DNA from: Myxococcota bacterium
GTDB taxonomy: Bacteria; Myxococcota_A; UBA9160; UBA6930
NCBI GenBank assembly: GCA_965223415.1
Contig: OZ245002.1
Span: 128,001-192,000, forward strand
DNA length: 64,000 nt
Reading direction: 5' to 3'
Below, in pieces: positions 1 through 10,300 of the stretch (its first letter is position 1; every line of letters starts with the position of its first letter). A program made the position numbers and the translations under genes. Below the pieces are notes generated by a model. The model did not search any database, was not told where the DNA came from, and saw only the letters and a list, made by a program, of their open reading frames with translations.

Positions 1-399
1 GGCCGCGCTCGCCAGCTCCACCGGGAAGCCCAGCACCAGCTCGTCGGGCAGGGCGATCGCCGCCCGGCCGGCGCGCAGGGCGACGGCGCGCCCGACCACC
101 TCGCGGGAGAGGTCGGCCAGGTCCCGCTCCGAGAAGCCAGGCTTGGCACCCAGGCCGAACGCCATCACACACGGCGTCTGCAGCCGGCCGGCGCTGACGA
201 GGAGTGTCGCCTCGCCGCGGGTACCGCGGATGCGCCCGGCCTGGAGCTCCTCGGACAGCAGCCCGCACAGCCGCCAGTCGACGTGAGCCGCCGGACCCCG
301 CAGAGGCCGGTGGCTCTCGAAGAACGGCGCCACCAGCACGTCGGCCGCGATGCGATCGATGCGACCCTCGCACACGTCGACGGCCAGGGTGGCGGTCAC
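1..399 (-). CDS. Peptidase M17 N-terminal-domain-like protein (runs off window)
   Basis: Manual translation from GTG at 399 behind AAGGAGG gives MTATLAVDVCEGRIDRIAADVLVAPFFESHRPLRGPAAHVDWRLCGLLS...MAFGLG, resembling leucyl aminopeptidase N-domain proteins; no stop before position 1. Confidence 0.6.
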   Translation of the reverse strand, partial: MTATLAVDVCEGRIDRIAADVLVAPFFESHRPLRGPAAHVDWRLCGLLSEELQAGRIRGTRGEATLLVSAGRLQTPCVMAFGLGAKPGFSERDLADLSREVVGRAVALRAGRAAIALPDELVLGFPVELASAA

Positions 400-430
400 G
401 ATACGTCCTCCTTGCGGTGAGCCCCGGCGA

Positions 431-859
431 TCACGCCGGGTCCTCGTCGTTCCGCCGGGCGACGGCGTCGAGGACGCCGTTCACGAAGCCTGGGGACGGA
501 TCGCCGCCGAACATCCGGGCCAGCTCGACGGCCTCGTCGATCGCCACCTGCCGGGGCGTGCCCAGGTGCAGGAGCTCGCAAGCCCCGAGACGCAGCACGT
601 TCCGGTCCACGGCGGCCATGCGCTCGAGCCGCCAGTTCCGGGCCGCCGCGGTGATCCGCAGATCGAGCTCGTCCCGGTGGGCCGCGACGGCGGCCACCAG
701 CTCCTTGGCGAAGGCGCGGGCGCCCTCGGGCAGCTCGAAGTGGTCGGCGAAGGTCTCGAACACGGCCTCGGCATCCGCATCGCCGCCGAGATCGAGGGCA
801 TAGAGCACCTGGAGCGCGACCTGGCGCGAACGACGGCGGGCGGCGGGAGCGGCGTTCAC
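431..859 (-). CDS. nusB: Transcription antitermination factor NusB
   Basis: RRRSRQVALQVLY, WRLERMAAVDRNVLRLG, IDEAVELA, FVNGVLD motifs; follows ribH. Confidence 0.97.
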   Translation of the reverse strand: MNAAPAARRRSRQVALQVLYALDLGGDADAEAVFETFADHFELPEGARAFAKELVAAVAAHRDELDLRITAAARNWRLERMAAVDRNVLRLGACELLHLGTPRQVAIDEAVELARMFGGDPSPGFVNGVLDAVARRNDEDPA

Positions 860-887
860 CGCAGGCTCCCGGCGACGAAGGTGACGC

Positions 888-1364
888 TCACTCCGGCACC
901 CCGGCCATCGCTCGTCGCAGGCACGCCATCTCGATCGCGGCGAGCGCCGCCTCCTCGCCCTTGTGGCCGTGGCTGCCGCCGGTGCGCTCCAGGGCCTGGT
1001 CGACGTCGTCGAGGGTGAGCACGCCGAAGGCGACCGGCACCCGGGTTTCGTGCATCACGGCAGCGACACCGTCGGTGACTCCGCGACACACGTACTCGAA
1101 GTGCGGCGTGCCTCCCCGGATCACCGAGCCCAGGGTCACCAGGGCGTCGTAGCGCCCGCTCGCGGCCAGCTCCCGCGCCGCGAGGGGGATCTCGAAGGCG
1201 CCCGGCACCCAGGCGATGTGCACGTCGTCCGCCGCGCAGCCGCGCCGCTCGAGCTCCGCCACGCAGCCCTCCAGAAGCCGCGTCGAGATCAGCGGATTGA
1301 AGCGCGAGATCACGACGGCGACGCGCAGGCCCGTGGCATCACGGCTGGCGGGAAAGGTCTTCAC
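888..1364 (-). CDS. ribH: 6,7-dimethyl-8-ribityllumazine synthase
   Basis: SRFN, VPGAFEIP, VIRGGTPHFEYV, PVAFGVLT motifs. Confidence 0.97.
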   Translation of the reverse strand: MKTFPASRDATGLRVAVVISRFNPLISTRLLEGCVAELERRGCAADDVHIAWVPGAFEIPLAARELAASGRYDALVTLGSVIRGGTPHFEYVCRGVTDGVAAVMHETRVPVAFGVLTLDDVDQALERTGGSHGHKGEEAALAAIEMACLRRAMAGVPE

Positions 1365-2488
1365 GACCGGCGCGGGGGGTGGGAGGGCAAGATGCCGTGA
1401 ACGTACACGTCTTCTCCGAGGCGTCGAACCTCGAGCCGCTCGAGCTGCGGCCGGGTAGGGAGGGAAGAGATCGCGAGGGCGCCGATCGCCGCACGCCCGT
1501 CGCCGCCGAGCAGGGAAGGCGCCGCGAACCAGTGGAGCTCGTCGACGACAGCGGCGCGCAGGAGCGCGGCGGCGAGCCCGCCGCCTCCCTCCACCAGCAG
1601 CGAGTTGATGCCCTCAGCGGCCAGCTCCTCGAGCGCTGCCGGGAGGTCGAGGGCGCCGCGCCGGCCGGGCACCGCCAGCACCCGGGCACCGGCCGCCTCG
1701 CGAGCGCGGCGGCGGCGGGCCGGCGCCGAGCGGGCGCACAGCACCACGGTTCGCCCCGCGTCCTCGTCCCGGAACAACCGGCGCGTCGCCGGCACGTCGA
1801 GGCCGGAATCGACGAGCACGCGGACGGGACAACGCACCCGCGCGCCCTCCCGGCGCACCGTGAGCTCCGGGTCGTCCCGCCGGGTGGTGCCCGAGCCCAC
1901 CATCACCGCGTCCGCCTGATCGCGCAGCGCGTGGACACGGCCCCGGGCCGCCTCGCCGGTGATCCAGCGCGACTCGCCGGAGGCGGTGGCGATGCGCCCG
2001 TCGAGGGTCGCGGCCAGCTTGAGCGCCACCCACGGACGCCCGCGCTCGTGCACGGAGAGGAAGCCGCGGTGGTGCCAGCGGCAGGCCTCCTCGAGCACGG
2101 CGCCCTGCACCGCGATGCCCTGCCGCCGCAGCCAGCGCAGGCCGCGGCCGGAGACCGCCGGGTGGGGATCTCCGGTTCCAACGAACACCCGGCGAATGCC
2201 CGCTCGCGCGATCGCCTCCGTACAGGGGCCGGTGCGGCCCTGGTGATGGCACGGCTCGAGGGTCACCGCGAGAGAGGCTCCGCGTAGGGCCGCCGCACCG
2301 TGGCGCTGCCGCGCGCGCTCCAGGGCCACCACCTCCGCGTGGGCGCCGCCGGGCGGCCGGGTGCCGCCGGCGCCGAGGATCCGGTCGCCGCGGAAGACCG
2401 CCGCGCCCACGGCCGGGTTCGGGTGGGTCCTCCCCTGGCGGGCCCGGGCCCGCGCGAGGGCCCGGCGCATGGCGCGCTCGGGATCCAT
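1361..2488 (-). CDS. ribD: Bifunctional diaminohydroxyphosphoribosylaminopyrimidine deaminase/reductase
   Basis: PNPAVG, HAE, TLEPCHHQGRTGPC, KLAATLDGRIA, LLVEGGG motifs. Confidence 0.97.
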   Translation of the reverse strand: MDPERAMRRALARARARQGRTHPNPAVGAAVFRGDRILGAGGTRPPGGAHAEVVALERARQRHGAAALRGASLAVTLEPCHHQGRTGPCTEAIARAGIRRVFVGTGDPHPAVSGRGLRWLRRQGIAVQGAVLEEACRWHHRGFLSVHERGRPWVALKLAATLDGRIATASGESRWITGEAARGRVHALRDQADAVMVGSGTTRRDDPELTVRREGARVRCPVRVLVDSGLDVPATRRLFRDEDAGRTVVLCARSAPARRRRAREAAGARVLAVPGRRGALDLPAALEELAAEGINSLLVEGGGGLAAALLRAAVVDELHWFAAPSLLGGDGRAAIGALAISSLPTRPQLERLEVRRLGEDVYVHGILPSHPPRRS

Positions 2489-2498
2489 CAGGAGCGAG

Positions 2499-2969
2499 TC
2501 AGCCGTCTTCCGCTTCGCCCGAACCGCCGAGGGTCGCGAAGAAGGCGTCGTAGTCGGCGGCGCTGGCGAACTCGCGGAACACGGAAGCGAAGCGCGCCGC
2601 CGCCATCACGTCCAGGCGCGAGAGCTCCTCGAGCACGGCGTCGCCGACGCGCTCGGTCGCCACCTCCGCCTCGCCGAGCTCCGAGAGACGGCGCTCGACC
2701 CGGTCGACGAGGCGTTGCAGCGCGTTCTCGCTGACCGGGCGCTTCGTGCACGCCTTCTGCACGCTGTGCTCGAGCTTGGAGCGGTCCCACTCCTCGCGAC
2801 GCTCGTCGTGCTTGATGACCTTGGGCAGCACCGACTCGAGCCGCTCCCGCGTCGTGAAGCGCCGGCCGCACTCGTCGCATTCGCGCCGGCGACGGATCTC
2901 GAGCCCCTCCCGCGTCAGCCGCGAATCGATGACGCGGTTGTTCGGGTCGTCGCAGAAGGGGCAGCGCAT
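2499..2969 (-). CDS. nrdR: Transcriptional repressor NrdR
   Basis: MRCPFC...VIDSR...IRRRRECDECGRRFTTRE zinc ribbon plus ATP cone, RFASVFREF. Confidence 0.97.
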   Translation of the reverse strand: MRCPFCDDPNNRVIDSRLTREGLEIRRRRECDECGRRFTTRERLESVLPKVIKHDERREEWDRSKLEHSVQKACTKRPVSENALQRLVDRVERRLSELGEAEVATERVGDAVLEELSRLDVMAAARFASVFREFASAADYDAFFATLGGSGEAEDG

Positions 2970-2972
2970 GGC

Positions 2973-4679
2973 CTAGACCGCGGTCTGCCAGCGGTCCGCG
3001 TAGAGCGGGAAGCGATCGCAGAGAGCGAGCACCTCGGCACGGACGGCCTCGCGCACGGCCCCGTCGTCGGGCTGCTCGAGAACCCGCGCCAGCAGGTCGG
3101 CGACGGTCGCCATCTCCGCCTCCGCCATGCCGCGGGTGGTGAGCGCCGGGGTGCCGATACGCACGCCGGAGGTCACGAAGGGCTTGCGCGGATCAAAGGG
3201 CACCATGTTCTTGTTCGTCGTGATGCCCGCCTCCTCGAGGGCGGCCTGGGCGGCCTTCCCACTCAGCTCCCGGCCGACCAGCGACAGCAGGAAGAGGTGG
3301 TTGTCGGTGCCACCGGAGACGATGCGGAAGCCCCGCTGCGCGAGCGCACCGGCGAGGGCTCGGGCGTTGGCGATGATCTGCCCGCAGTAGTCGCGGAACT
3401 CGGGACGCAGCGCCTCGCCGAAGCCCACGGCCTTGGCCGCGATCACGTGCATCAGGGGGCCGCCCTGCCCGCCCGGGAAGACGGCGCTGTCGACCTTCTT
3501 GGCCAGATCCTCGTCGCACAGGATCATCCCGCCGCGGGGCCCGCGGAGGGTCTTGTGGGTGGTCGTCGTGACGAGCTGGGCGTGACCCACGGGCGAGGGG
3601 TGGTGGCCCGTCGCCACCAGGCCCGCGATGTGGGCAATGTCCGCGAAGAGCAGCGCGCCCACCTCGTCGGCGATCTCGCGGAACTTCGCGAAGTCGATGA
3701 CCCGCGAGTAGGCGGTGGCGCCGCACTGGATCAGCTTGGGACGATGCTCCCGCGCCAGGCGCCGCAGCTCGTCGTAGTCGATCCGCTCCCTCTCTTTGTC
3801 CACGCCGTAGGGCACGATGCGATAGAGCTGGCCCGAGAAGTTGACGGGGCTGCCGTGGGTGAGGTGGCCGCCGTGGTCGAGGTTCATGGCCAGGATCCTG
3901 TCGCCCACGTCGAGCACGGCGCGGTAGGCGCACTCGTTGGCCTGGGAGCCGGAGTGGGGCTGGACGTTCGCGTGATCGGCGCCGAACAGCTCCTTCGCCC
4001 GGTCCCGGGCCAGGTCCTCCACCTCGTCGAGCACGTCGCAGCCGCCGTAGTAGCGGCGGCCCGGGTAGCCCTCGGCATACTTGTTCGTCGCCACCGAGCC
4101 CACCGCCTCGAGGACCGCCTCGGAGACGAAGTTCTCCGACGCGATCAGCTCCAGGCTCTGGGCCTGCCGCTGGGCCTCGCGCCGGAGGATGCTCGCAACG
4201 CCCGGGTCCTGCTGGGCGAGGGCGCCGTCGTGGGTGCGGGTGAGGCGATCGATCTGCTCCACGCGGAGGGTGTGGCGCCCGCCTTCGAAGGGCGTCGCCA
4301 GCCAGGCCGAAACGATGGCCCAGGCGTCGTCGGCCGCCGTGCGGTTGGCCGAGAGGGCCAGCACGTTGGCGTCGTTGTGCTCGCGGGCCAGCTTCGCCGT
4401 CTCCACGTCGTGGACCAGGGCGGCGCGGACCCGGGGAAAGCGGTTGGCGGTGTAGGTCACGCCGAGGCCGGTTCCGCAGATCACGATGGCGCGAGAGGCC
4501 GCGCCGTTCGAGACGGCGCGGGCCGCCGGTGCCACGAACTCCGGGTAGTTGGCGGACGCCTCGCCCTGGGGGCCCAGGTCGCGCACCTCGTGGCCCGCGG
4601 CCTCCAGGCGCTCCCTGAGGGCCGCCTTCAACGCCACCCCGCGGTGGTCCCCCGCCAGCAGAATCGGATCCCCCATCAT
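2973..4679 (-). CDS. glyA: Fused ribose-5-phosphate isomerase B / serine hydroxymethyltransferase (568 aa)
   Basis: Start ATG overlaps the fabF stop (ATGA). N-terminal RpiB motifs (GDHRG, CGTGLG, HNDANVL, FEGGRH) run without a stop into SHMT ([44 protein letters not shown]). Confidence 0.93.
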   Translation of the reverse strand: MMGDPILLAGDHRGVALKAALRERLEAAGHEVRDLGPQGEASANYPEFVAPAARAVSNGAASRAIVICGTGLGVTYTANRFPRVRAALVHDVETAKLAREHNDANVLALSANRTAADDAWAIVSAWLATPFEGGRHTLRVEQIDRLTRTHDGALAQQDPGVASILRREAQRQAQSLELIASENFVSEAVLEAVGSVATNKYAEGYPGRRYYGGCDVLDEVEDLARDRAKELFGADHANVQPHSGSQANECAYRAVLDVGDRILAMNLDHGGHLTHGSPVNFSGQLYRIVPYGVDKERERIDYDELRRLAREHRPKLIQCGATAYSRVIDFAKFREIADEVGALLFADIAHIAGLVATGHHPSPVGHAQLVTTTTHKTLRGPRGGMILCDEDLAKKVDSAVFPGGQGGPLMHVIAAKAVGFGEALRPEFRDYCGQIIANARALAGALAQRGFRIVSGGTDNHLFLLSLVGRELSGKAAQAALEEAGITTNKNMVPFDPRKPFVTSGVRIGTPALTTRGMAEAEMATVADLLARVLEQPDDGAVREAVRAEVLALCDRFPLYADRWQTAV

Positions 4680-5926
4680 GCCTCCCATCGCCGAAAGACC
4701 AGGGCGGCGTTGACGCCGCCGAAGCCGAATGAGTTGGAGAGTGCCACACGAACGTCCGCCGCACGCGCCTTGCCGTCGACGTGATCCAGGGCGCAGGCCG
4801 GATCGGGCCGGTCGAGGTTGATCGTGGGGGGCAGCTGCCCCTCGGCGAGGGCCTGGATCGTGAAGACCGCTTCGACCGCCCCGGCAGCGCCCAGGAGGTG
4901 GCCCGTCATGCCCTTGGTCGCCGAGACCGCCACCCGGTCCGCGTGCCCGCCGAAGACCTCGCGGATGGACTCCACCTCCACCACGTCGCCGGCCGGCGTG
5001 CTGGTGGCGTGGGCGTTGACGTGCTCCACCGCTTCCGGGACGAGGCCTGCGTCGGCCAGGGCGGCGCGCATGCATCGGATGGCGCCTCCGCTCTCGGCGT
5101 CCGGCGCCGCCATGTGGGCCGCATCCGCCGAGGCGCCGTAGCCGGCCAGCTCGGCCCGGACGCGCGCGCCCCGGGCGCGGGCGTGCTCCTCGGCTTCGAG
5201 CACCAGCACGGCGGCGCCCTCCCCCAGCACGAAGCCGTCGCGATCCACATCGAAGGGCCGGCTGGCCCGCTCCGGCGCGTCGTTTCGCTTGGACAGGGCC
5301 TGCATGCTGGCGAAACCGGCCATCACCAGGTCGTTCATCGCCGCCTCGGTGCCGCCGGCCAGCATCACGTCGGCATCGCCCACGCGGATGGCGCGCGCCG
5401 CTTCGCCGATGCCGTGGGCAGCCGACGCACAGGCGGTGACATGACACAGGTTCGGGCCCCGCAGCCCGTGGCGAATGGCGACGACACCGCTCGGCATGTT
5501 CGCGAGGGTCATCGGAATGAAGAAGGGGGACACCCGTCGCGGCCCCTTCTCCAGGTAGGTCCGGTGGTTCTCGAGAAGGGTCCCGATGCCTCCGATGCCC
5601 GAGCCGATCGCCACTCCGACGCGGTCCAGGTCGGCGACGCCCTCGAGGCTCGCGTCCCGGGCCGCCTCCCGGGCTGCGGCCAGGGCGAGGAGGATCGCGC
5701 GATCGTAGCGGCGCCGTTCCTTCGGGTTCAGCTCTCCGAGATCGAGCTCGCCCGCCACCGGCGCGCCGATGCGGGCGGCCAGTCGCGCGTCGGCCTCCGG
5801 AAGCGTCCGAATCCCGCACGTCCCCTCCAACGCTGCCGTCCAGCTGGAGGCGGCGTTCGGGCCGAGGGGGGTCACGCTGCCGAGTCCCGTGACGACCACC
5901 CGGCGAGAGGCGGCGGGGGGCGGCAT
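4676..5926 (-). CDS. fabF: 3-oxoacyl-ACP synthase II
   Basis: [41 protein letters not shown]. Confidence 0.96.
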   Translation of the reverse strand: MPPPAASRRVVVTGLGSVTPLGPNAASSWTAALEGTCGIRTLPEADARLAARIGAPVAGELDLGELNPKERRRYDRAILLALAAAREAARDASLEGVADLDRVGVAIGSGIGGIGTLLENHRTYLEKGPRRVSPFFIPMTLANMPSGVVAIRHGLRGPNLCHVTACASAAHGIGEAARAIRVGDADVMLAGGTEAAMNDLVMAGFASMQALSKRNDAPERASRPFDVDRDGFVLGEGAAVLVLEAEEHARARGARVRAELAGYGASADAAHMAAPDAESGGAIRCMRAALADAGLVPEAVEHVNAHATSTPAGDVVEVESIREVFGGHADRVAVSATKGMTGHLLGAAGAVEAVFTIQALAEGQLPPTINLDRPDPACALDHVDGKARAADVRVALSNSFGFGGVNAALVFRRWEA

Positions 5927-5935
5927 GGTGGGGGG

Positions 5936-6175
5936 CTACTCCTCGCCGAGCTTGCCCTTGAGGTACGAGATCGCCGACCCGATGGTCTGGATCTTCTCGG
6001 CGTCCTCGTCGGGAATCTCGACGTCGAAGGCCTCCTCCATCGCCATCACCAGCTCGACGATGTCGAGGGAGTCGGCGCCCAGGTCGTCGATGAAGGATGC
6101 CTGGGGCACCACCTCCTCGGCCGTGACGCCGAGCTGCTCGACGATGATCTCTCCGACGCGTTGCTCCAGTCCCAT
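5936..6175 (-). CDS. acpP: Acyl carrier protein
   Basis: [20 protein letters not shown] phosphopantetheine motif. Confidence 0.98.
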   Translation of the reverse strand: MGLEQRVGEIIVEQLGVTAEEVVPQASFIDDLGADSLDIVELVMAMEEAFDVEIPDEDAEKIQTIGSAISYLKGKLGEE

Positions 6176-6184
6176 CGGTCCCCC

Positions 6185-7126
6185 TCAACCAGCGGCGGCC
6201 GCGACGGCGACCTGCTCGATCTCGTCCATCCCGCTGGCACTCGAACGTTGGATCTTGCGATCGATCCGGGCCACCAGCCCGGAGAGCACGTGGCCCGGCC
6301 CCACCTCGAGGACGCGCTCGACGCCGAGAGCAGCGAGCTTCTGCACGCTCTCGGTGAAGCGCACGGCCGCGGTGACCTGGCGCCGAAGCAGCTCGGGAAC
6401 GCGGCCGCCCTCGGTGTTGGGCTCGGCTTCGACGTTCGTCACCACGGGCACGGCCGGGTCGGCGAAGCGGATGCGGGCCAGCTCCGCGGCCAGCTTGTCG
6501 GCGGCGGGCTCCATCAGGCTGCAGTGGAAGGGAGCGGAGACCGGAAGCGCCACCGCCCGCTTGGCGCCCCGCGCCTTGGCCAGCTCTCCTGCGCGCTCGA
6601 CGGCGTCGGCGTGGCCGGCGATCACCGTCTGCTGGGGCGAGTTCCAGTTGGCCGGCGCCACGACCCGGCCGGTCTCCCGCGCCACGTCGGCGCAGGCCGC
6701 CCGGGCGGTGGCGGCGTCGCCGCCGAGGATGGCGGCCATGGCGCCCTGCCCTTCCGGCACCGCTTCCTGCATGAAGCGGCCCCGCGCATGGACCAGGGCC
6801 GCCGCGTCCTCGAGGGAGAGGGCGCCGGCGGCGACCAGCGCCGTGTACTCGCCCAGGCTGTGGCCTGCGACGAAGGCGGGCTCGACCGGGGCGCGTTCCT
6901 CGAGGGCCCGCAGCAGGGCGATCGACGTCGTGAGGATGGCGGGCTGCTGGTTCTCGGTGCGACGCAGCTCCTCCTCCGGGCCCTCGAAGCAGAGCTTCGT
7001 GAGCGAGAAGCCCAGGGCCGTGTCGGCGGCCTCGAAGACGGCACGGGCCGCCGGCGACGCGTCGAAGGCGTCGCGGCCCATCCCGACCTCCTGGGATCCC
7101 TGTCCGGGGAAGAGAAGCGCGAGCAC
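6185..7126 (-). CDS. fabD: Malonyl-CoA:ACP transacylase
   Basis: FPGQGSQ, GHSLGEY, VSAPFHC motifs. Confidence 0.97.
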   Translation of the reverse strand: MLALLFPGQGSQEVGMGRDAFDASPAARAVFEAADTALGFSLTKLCFEGPEEELRRTENQQPAILTTSIALLRALEERAPVEPAFVAGHSLGEYTALVAAGALSLEDAAALVHARGRFMQEAVPEGQGAMAAILGGDAATARAACADVARETGRVVAPANWNSPQQTVIAGHADAVERAGELAKARGAKRAVALPVSAPFHCSLMEPAADKLAAELARIRFADPAVPVVTNVEAEPNTEGGRVPELLRRQVTAAVRFTESVQKLAALGVERVLEVGPGHVLSGLVARIDRKIQRSSASGMDEIEQVAVAAAAG

Positions 7127-7133
7127 GGGCCCT

Positions 7134-7316
7134 CTACTCCTCGTCGGTTTCGACCACCGTGCGGCCGCGGTAGGTGCCGCACTGCCCGCAGATGCGGTGC
7201 GGAGCCTTGGGCGCGCCGCAGGACGGACACACGGACTTGGCGGGCGCTGCCAGCGCGTGGTGGCTCCGCCGCTTGTTTCGGCGCGACTTCGAGGTACGGC
7301 GCTTGGGGACGATCAT
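7134..7316 (-). CDS. rpmF: 50S ribosomal protein L32
   Basis: MIVPKRRTSKSRRNKRRSH...CPSC...PHRICGQCGTYRG; ATG at 7316 overlaps the DUF177 stop. Confidence 0.96.
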   Translation of the reverse strand: MIVPKRRTSKSRRNKRRSHHALAAPAKSVCPSCGAPKAPHRICGQCGTYRGRTVVETDEE

Positions 7317-7897
7317 TTCGGCTCTCCTTCCTCCGAGGCCAGGCGGTCGCGGAGACCGGCCAGGGCTGCGAAGGGCGAATGGGGACGCTCTTCCCGACAC
7401 TCACAGGATTCGACGTTGCGGTCGATCCCGCAGCTCGGGCAGAGACCGGCGCACTCCTCACGACACAGGGGCTTCTGGGGAAGCCCGGCGACGAGCACCT
7501 CCTGGAAGAAGTGGTCGAGCTGGACCTCACTGCCGCGAAACCACCCGGCCTCGAGCTCGTCGGAGAGCACCAGGCCGTCGCGCGCCAGGGTCTCGGCGCC
7601 CTCCGGATCGGCGGGAACGCGGGACCCGGCGGGCTCGAGCACCAGCCGGAACGGCTCACGGACCGGCTGACGATAGCGTTCCAGGCACCTGCCGCACCCG
7701 AGCTGGAACTCCCCCTCGGCGGTGCCCTCGATGTAGAGATCCTCCCCCATCCGGTGCGCCTGCAGGCGGAAACGGGCCGGTTGGGCCAACGCCCGGGCCA
7801 GCTCCGGATCCGCGGACCAACGCTCCAGCCAGTCCGCGGCGCCAGCGAACTCGAGCTCGCTCGGATCCTCGGTCAGCCGGTCGACGAGCAGCTCCAC
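7313..7897 (-). CDS. YceD/DUF177 family protein
   Basis: C-terminal part of a long ORF: CGRCL, LPQKPLCREECAGLCPSCG, PFAALAGL; GTG at 7897; canonical position upstream of rpmF. Confidence 0.9.
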   Translation of the reverse strand: MELLVDRLTEDPSELEFAGAADWLERWSADPELARALAQPARFRLQAHRMGEDLYIEGTAEGEFQLGCGRCLERYRQPVREPFRLVLEPAGSRVPADPEGAETLARDGLVLSDELEAGWFRGSEVQLDHFFQEVLVAGLPQKPLCREECAGLCPSCGIDRNVESCECREERPHSPFAALAGLRDRLASEEGEPK

Positions 7898-8019
7898 CTG
7901 GAAATCCTCTTCTTTCCCGAAGAGTTGGGAAGACGTGGCGATAGCAGAACCGGCGCCGGCCTGGCAAGCCGGGCACCTTGAGGAATGGCCGCGAAGCCCT
8001 ACTCTCGGCGCGGATCCGC

Positions 8020-8093
8020 TCCCCGGTCGTCTAACGGCAGGACAACAGGCTCTGAACCTGTGAATCGTGGTTCGAATCCACGCCGGGGATCCA
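8020..8093 (+). tRNA. tRNA-Gln (CTG)
   Basis: Acceptor stem TCCCCGG/CCGGGGA, anticodon arm ACAGG-CT[CTG]AA-CCTGT, T-loop GGTTCGAATCC, encoded CCA; TTGAGG-N16-TACTCT upstream. Confidence 0.95.
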
Positions 8094-8130
8094 GCGCGAC
8101 GAGCGCTCGCGGCCGGCCCCGAGAAGGGCC

Positions 8131-10230
8131 TCAGGGGGCTCCCGCCCGCCCGCTCTCCTCGAGCACCCGGGCCAGGTTGAGCTGGGCCAGGCGGTCGTCC
8201 GGATGGCGGGCGAGCAGCCCCCGGAAGATCGCCTCGGCCTGGGCGTGGTCTCCCCGGGCGGCCAGTGCGATTCCCAGGCGGTTCACGAGACCGGGCTGCT
8301 GCGCCGCGGCGCCGGCCCGGCGCCGGTGCGCCTCCGAGGCCTCCCGGTCGCCCCGCCGCGCGTGCTGGATGGCCATGCGCATGTGCAATCGCTCCGAGTG
8401 CGGATCCTGCTCGAGGCCGCGCTCGTAGCAGGCGAGCGCCCGATCGAACTCGCCCAGCCCTTCCCAGGTCTCCCCGACCTGCTCCAGGATCGAGGGCCCG
8501 CCCCCCGCCAGCTCGACGGCGCGCTCGGCGTGGGCCTCGATCTCTTCGAGGGGGCTGCCCAGGGCGCCCTTCCACATGGCACCGAGTTGGGCGCCGAAGT
8601 GGTCGGGATCGCGGGCGATGCCGGTCTCGAAGGCGGCCGCCGCCTCCGCCAGGCGTCCGGCGCGACGCAAGGCGCGTCCGCGCATCGCGTGGTACTCGGC
8701 GTTCGCGTCGTGGAGGCGGACGAGGGCGCCGGTGTGGGCGAGTGCCGCTTCGGTCCGCCCGGTCGCGAGACCGATGCGGGCCAGGATCTCGTGCATCCGG
8801 ACGCTGTCGGGGAACGCGGCGAGCACCTCGCTGGCGTGCCGCTCGGCCTCGTCGAAGCGGTGGCCGAAGTAGGCGGTCGAGGCGGTGCTGGAGAGCTCGA
8901 TCCAGCGCTGGCCGTCCTTCGGGTTCATGCCGGTGCGCTCCGGCGGCTCCGGCGTCACGAGGTAGCCGAGGGCCTGGATGCGCTGGGCCGTCTCCGCGTC
9001 CAGCTCGACGCGGGCGCGCGGGATCGCCTTCGCCTGGACGGCCTCGATGCGCCGGGCGAGCCGCTCGCGCGCGGCGCCGGCTTCCGCGCTCGGCTTGCCC
9101 GCGAGGAGGTCCCGGGCCTGCCGGGGATCGGACCGGACATCGTAGAGCTCGGGCCGTGGCCCGTGGATGTAGGCGAAGCCTTCGCCCCGGGCCGCTGATA
9201 GAGGCGCCCAGCCGAAGTCGAGCTCCGGCGCGAGCGTCTCGGCATAGAGCGGCGACGGCGGGGAGCCCGCCTCCGCGAGCAGGGACGCCGCCGCCGCCGC
9301 GTGGAGCGGCGGAGCCTCGGCGAGGCCCGCGAGCGTCGCGGCCAGGGCGGTCGTCGAGACCGGCCGGTCCCGGCGGGCGCCTGCCGCCACGCCGGGCCCG
9401 CGGAGCAGGAGCGGCACCCGGAGCACGCTGTCGTAGAGGAAGTAGCCGTGGGTCGACTCGCCGTGCTCGCCGAGCCCCTCGCCGTGGTCCGAGGTGAGGG
9501 CCACGACGGTGCGGTCCCAACGCCCGCGCGCCCGCAGGGTCTCGAGCAGGCGGCCGATCTCGGCGTCGGTGTAGGCGATCTCGCCGGCGTAGGGCGCCTC
9601 GGCGAAGCGCGCCGCCCAGGGGGCCGGCGGCCGATAGTCCGCGTGCGGGTCGTAGTAGTGCACCCAGAGGAAGAACGGGCGATCGGTCTCCGCGATCCAA
9701 CGCAGCGCGCGATCCGTGACATCGGCCGCCCTGCGCTCCTGGAAGCCGCTGCCGCCCGAGCGCTGCTCGCCGAAGTGATCGTCGTAGTGGTCGAAGCCCT
9801 GGCGCAGGCCGAACTGGGAGGCGAGCACGAAGGCCCCGACCACCGCGCCGGTCGTCCACCCGCCCTCCTGGAGGGCTTCGGCGAGGGTACGCGCCTCGCC
9901 TCCCAGCTGGAACACCGCGTTGTGTCGCACGCCGTGCCGGGGCGGCTCGAGGCCGGTCAGCATCGACGCATGAGCCGGAAGGGTGAGCGGCGCCGGCGTG
10001 AAGACGCGCTCGAAGAGCGTGCCCTCGCCGGCCAGTCGGTCGATGGCGGGCGTCGCGCCGAGCTGCGCCCCGTACGCGCCCACGTGGTCGGCGCGCAGCG
10101 TGTCGACGGTGATCAGCACCAGGTCCGGCGCGTCCGCCGGCGGAGCGGGCCGGGCCGGTGCCGCCGCGGGATCCACGCGCACCTCCCCGCAGGCGAGTAC
10201 CAGGAGCAGCCAGGGCGCGAGCCATCGCAT
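8131..10230 (-). CDS. Alkaline-phosphatase-superfamily 'sulfatase-like' hydrolase/transferase lipoprotein with C-terminal TPRs (paralog 3)
   Basis: Lipobox-like LVLAC; DTLRADH, LTLPAHASMLTG, WVHYYDPH, TSDHGE; RIQALGY followed by TPR-like helices. Confidence 0.85.
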   Translation of the reverse strand: MRWLAPWLLLVLACGEVRVDPAAAPARPAPPADAPDLVLITVDTLRADHVGAYGAQLGATPAIDRLAGEGTLFERVFTPAPLTLPAHASMLTGLEPPRHGVRHNAVFQLGGEARTLAEALQEGGWTTGAVVGAFVLASQFGLRQGFDHYDDHFGEQRSGGSGFQERRAADVTDRALRWIAETDRPFFLWVHYYDPHADYRPPAPWAARFAEAPYAGEIAYTDAEIGRLLETLRARGRWDRTVVALTSDHGEGLGEHGESTHGYFLYDSVLRVPLLLRGPGVAAGARRDRPVSTTALAATLAGLAEAPPLHAAAAASLLAEAGSPPSPLYAETLAPELDFGWAPLSAARGEGFAYIHGPRPELYDVRSDPRQARDLLAGKPSAEAGAARERLARRIEAVQAKAIPRARVELDAETAQRIQALGYLVTPEPPERTGMNPKDGQRWIELSSTASTAYFGHRFDEAERHASEVLAAFPDSVRMHEILARIGLATGRTEAALAHTGALVRLHDANAEYHAMRGRALRRAGRLAEAAAAFETGIARDPDHFGAQLGAMWKGALGSPLEEIEAHAERAVELAGGGPSILEQVGETWEGLGEFDRALACYERGLEQDPHSERLHMRMAIQHARRGDREASEAHRRRAGAAAQQPGLVNRLGIALAARGDHAQAEAIFRGLLARHPDDRLAQLNLARVLEESGRAGAP

Positions 10231-10239
10231 GGAGAGCGA

Positions 10240-10265
10240 ATCGGCCGGTCCGTCGCCCGGGTTGA
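10240..10265 (-). promoter_or_regulatory. sigma28-like promoter motif TCAAC-N15-GCCGAT
   Basis: One of eight copies of the motif; ATG follows 9 nt after the hexamer with no SD. Confidence 0.65.
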
Positions 10266-10300
10266 TCGCTGTCTTGCCTGCCGTGGATCCGGGGCGCGCC

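Noticed and set aside
1..399. Stand-alone M17 N-domain protein as a novel entity
   Set aside because: The gene is cut by the window edge, so a downstream catalytic domain cannot be excluded.
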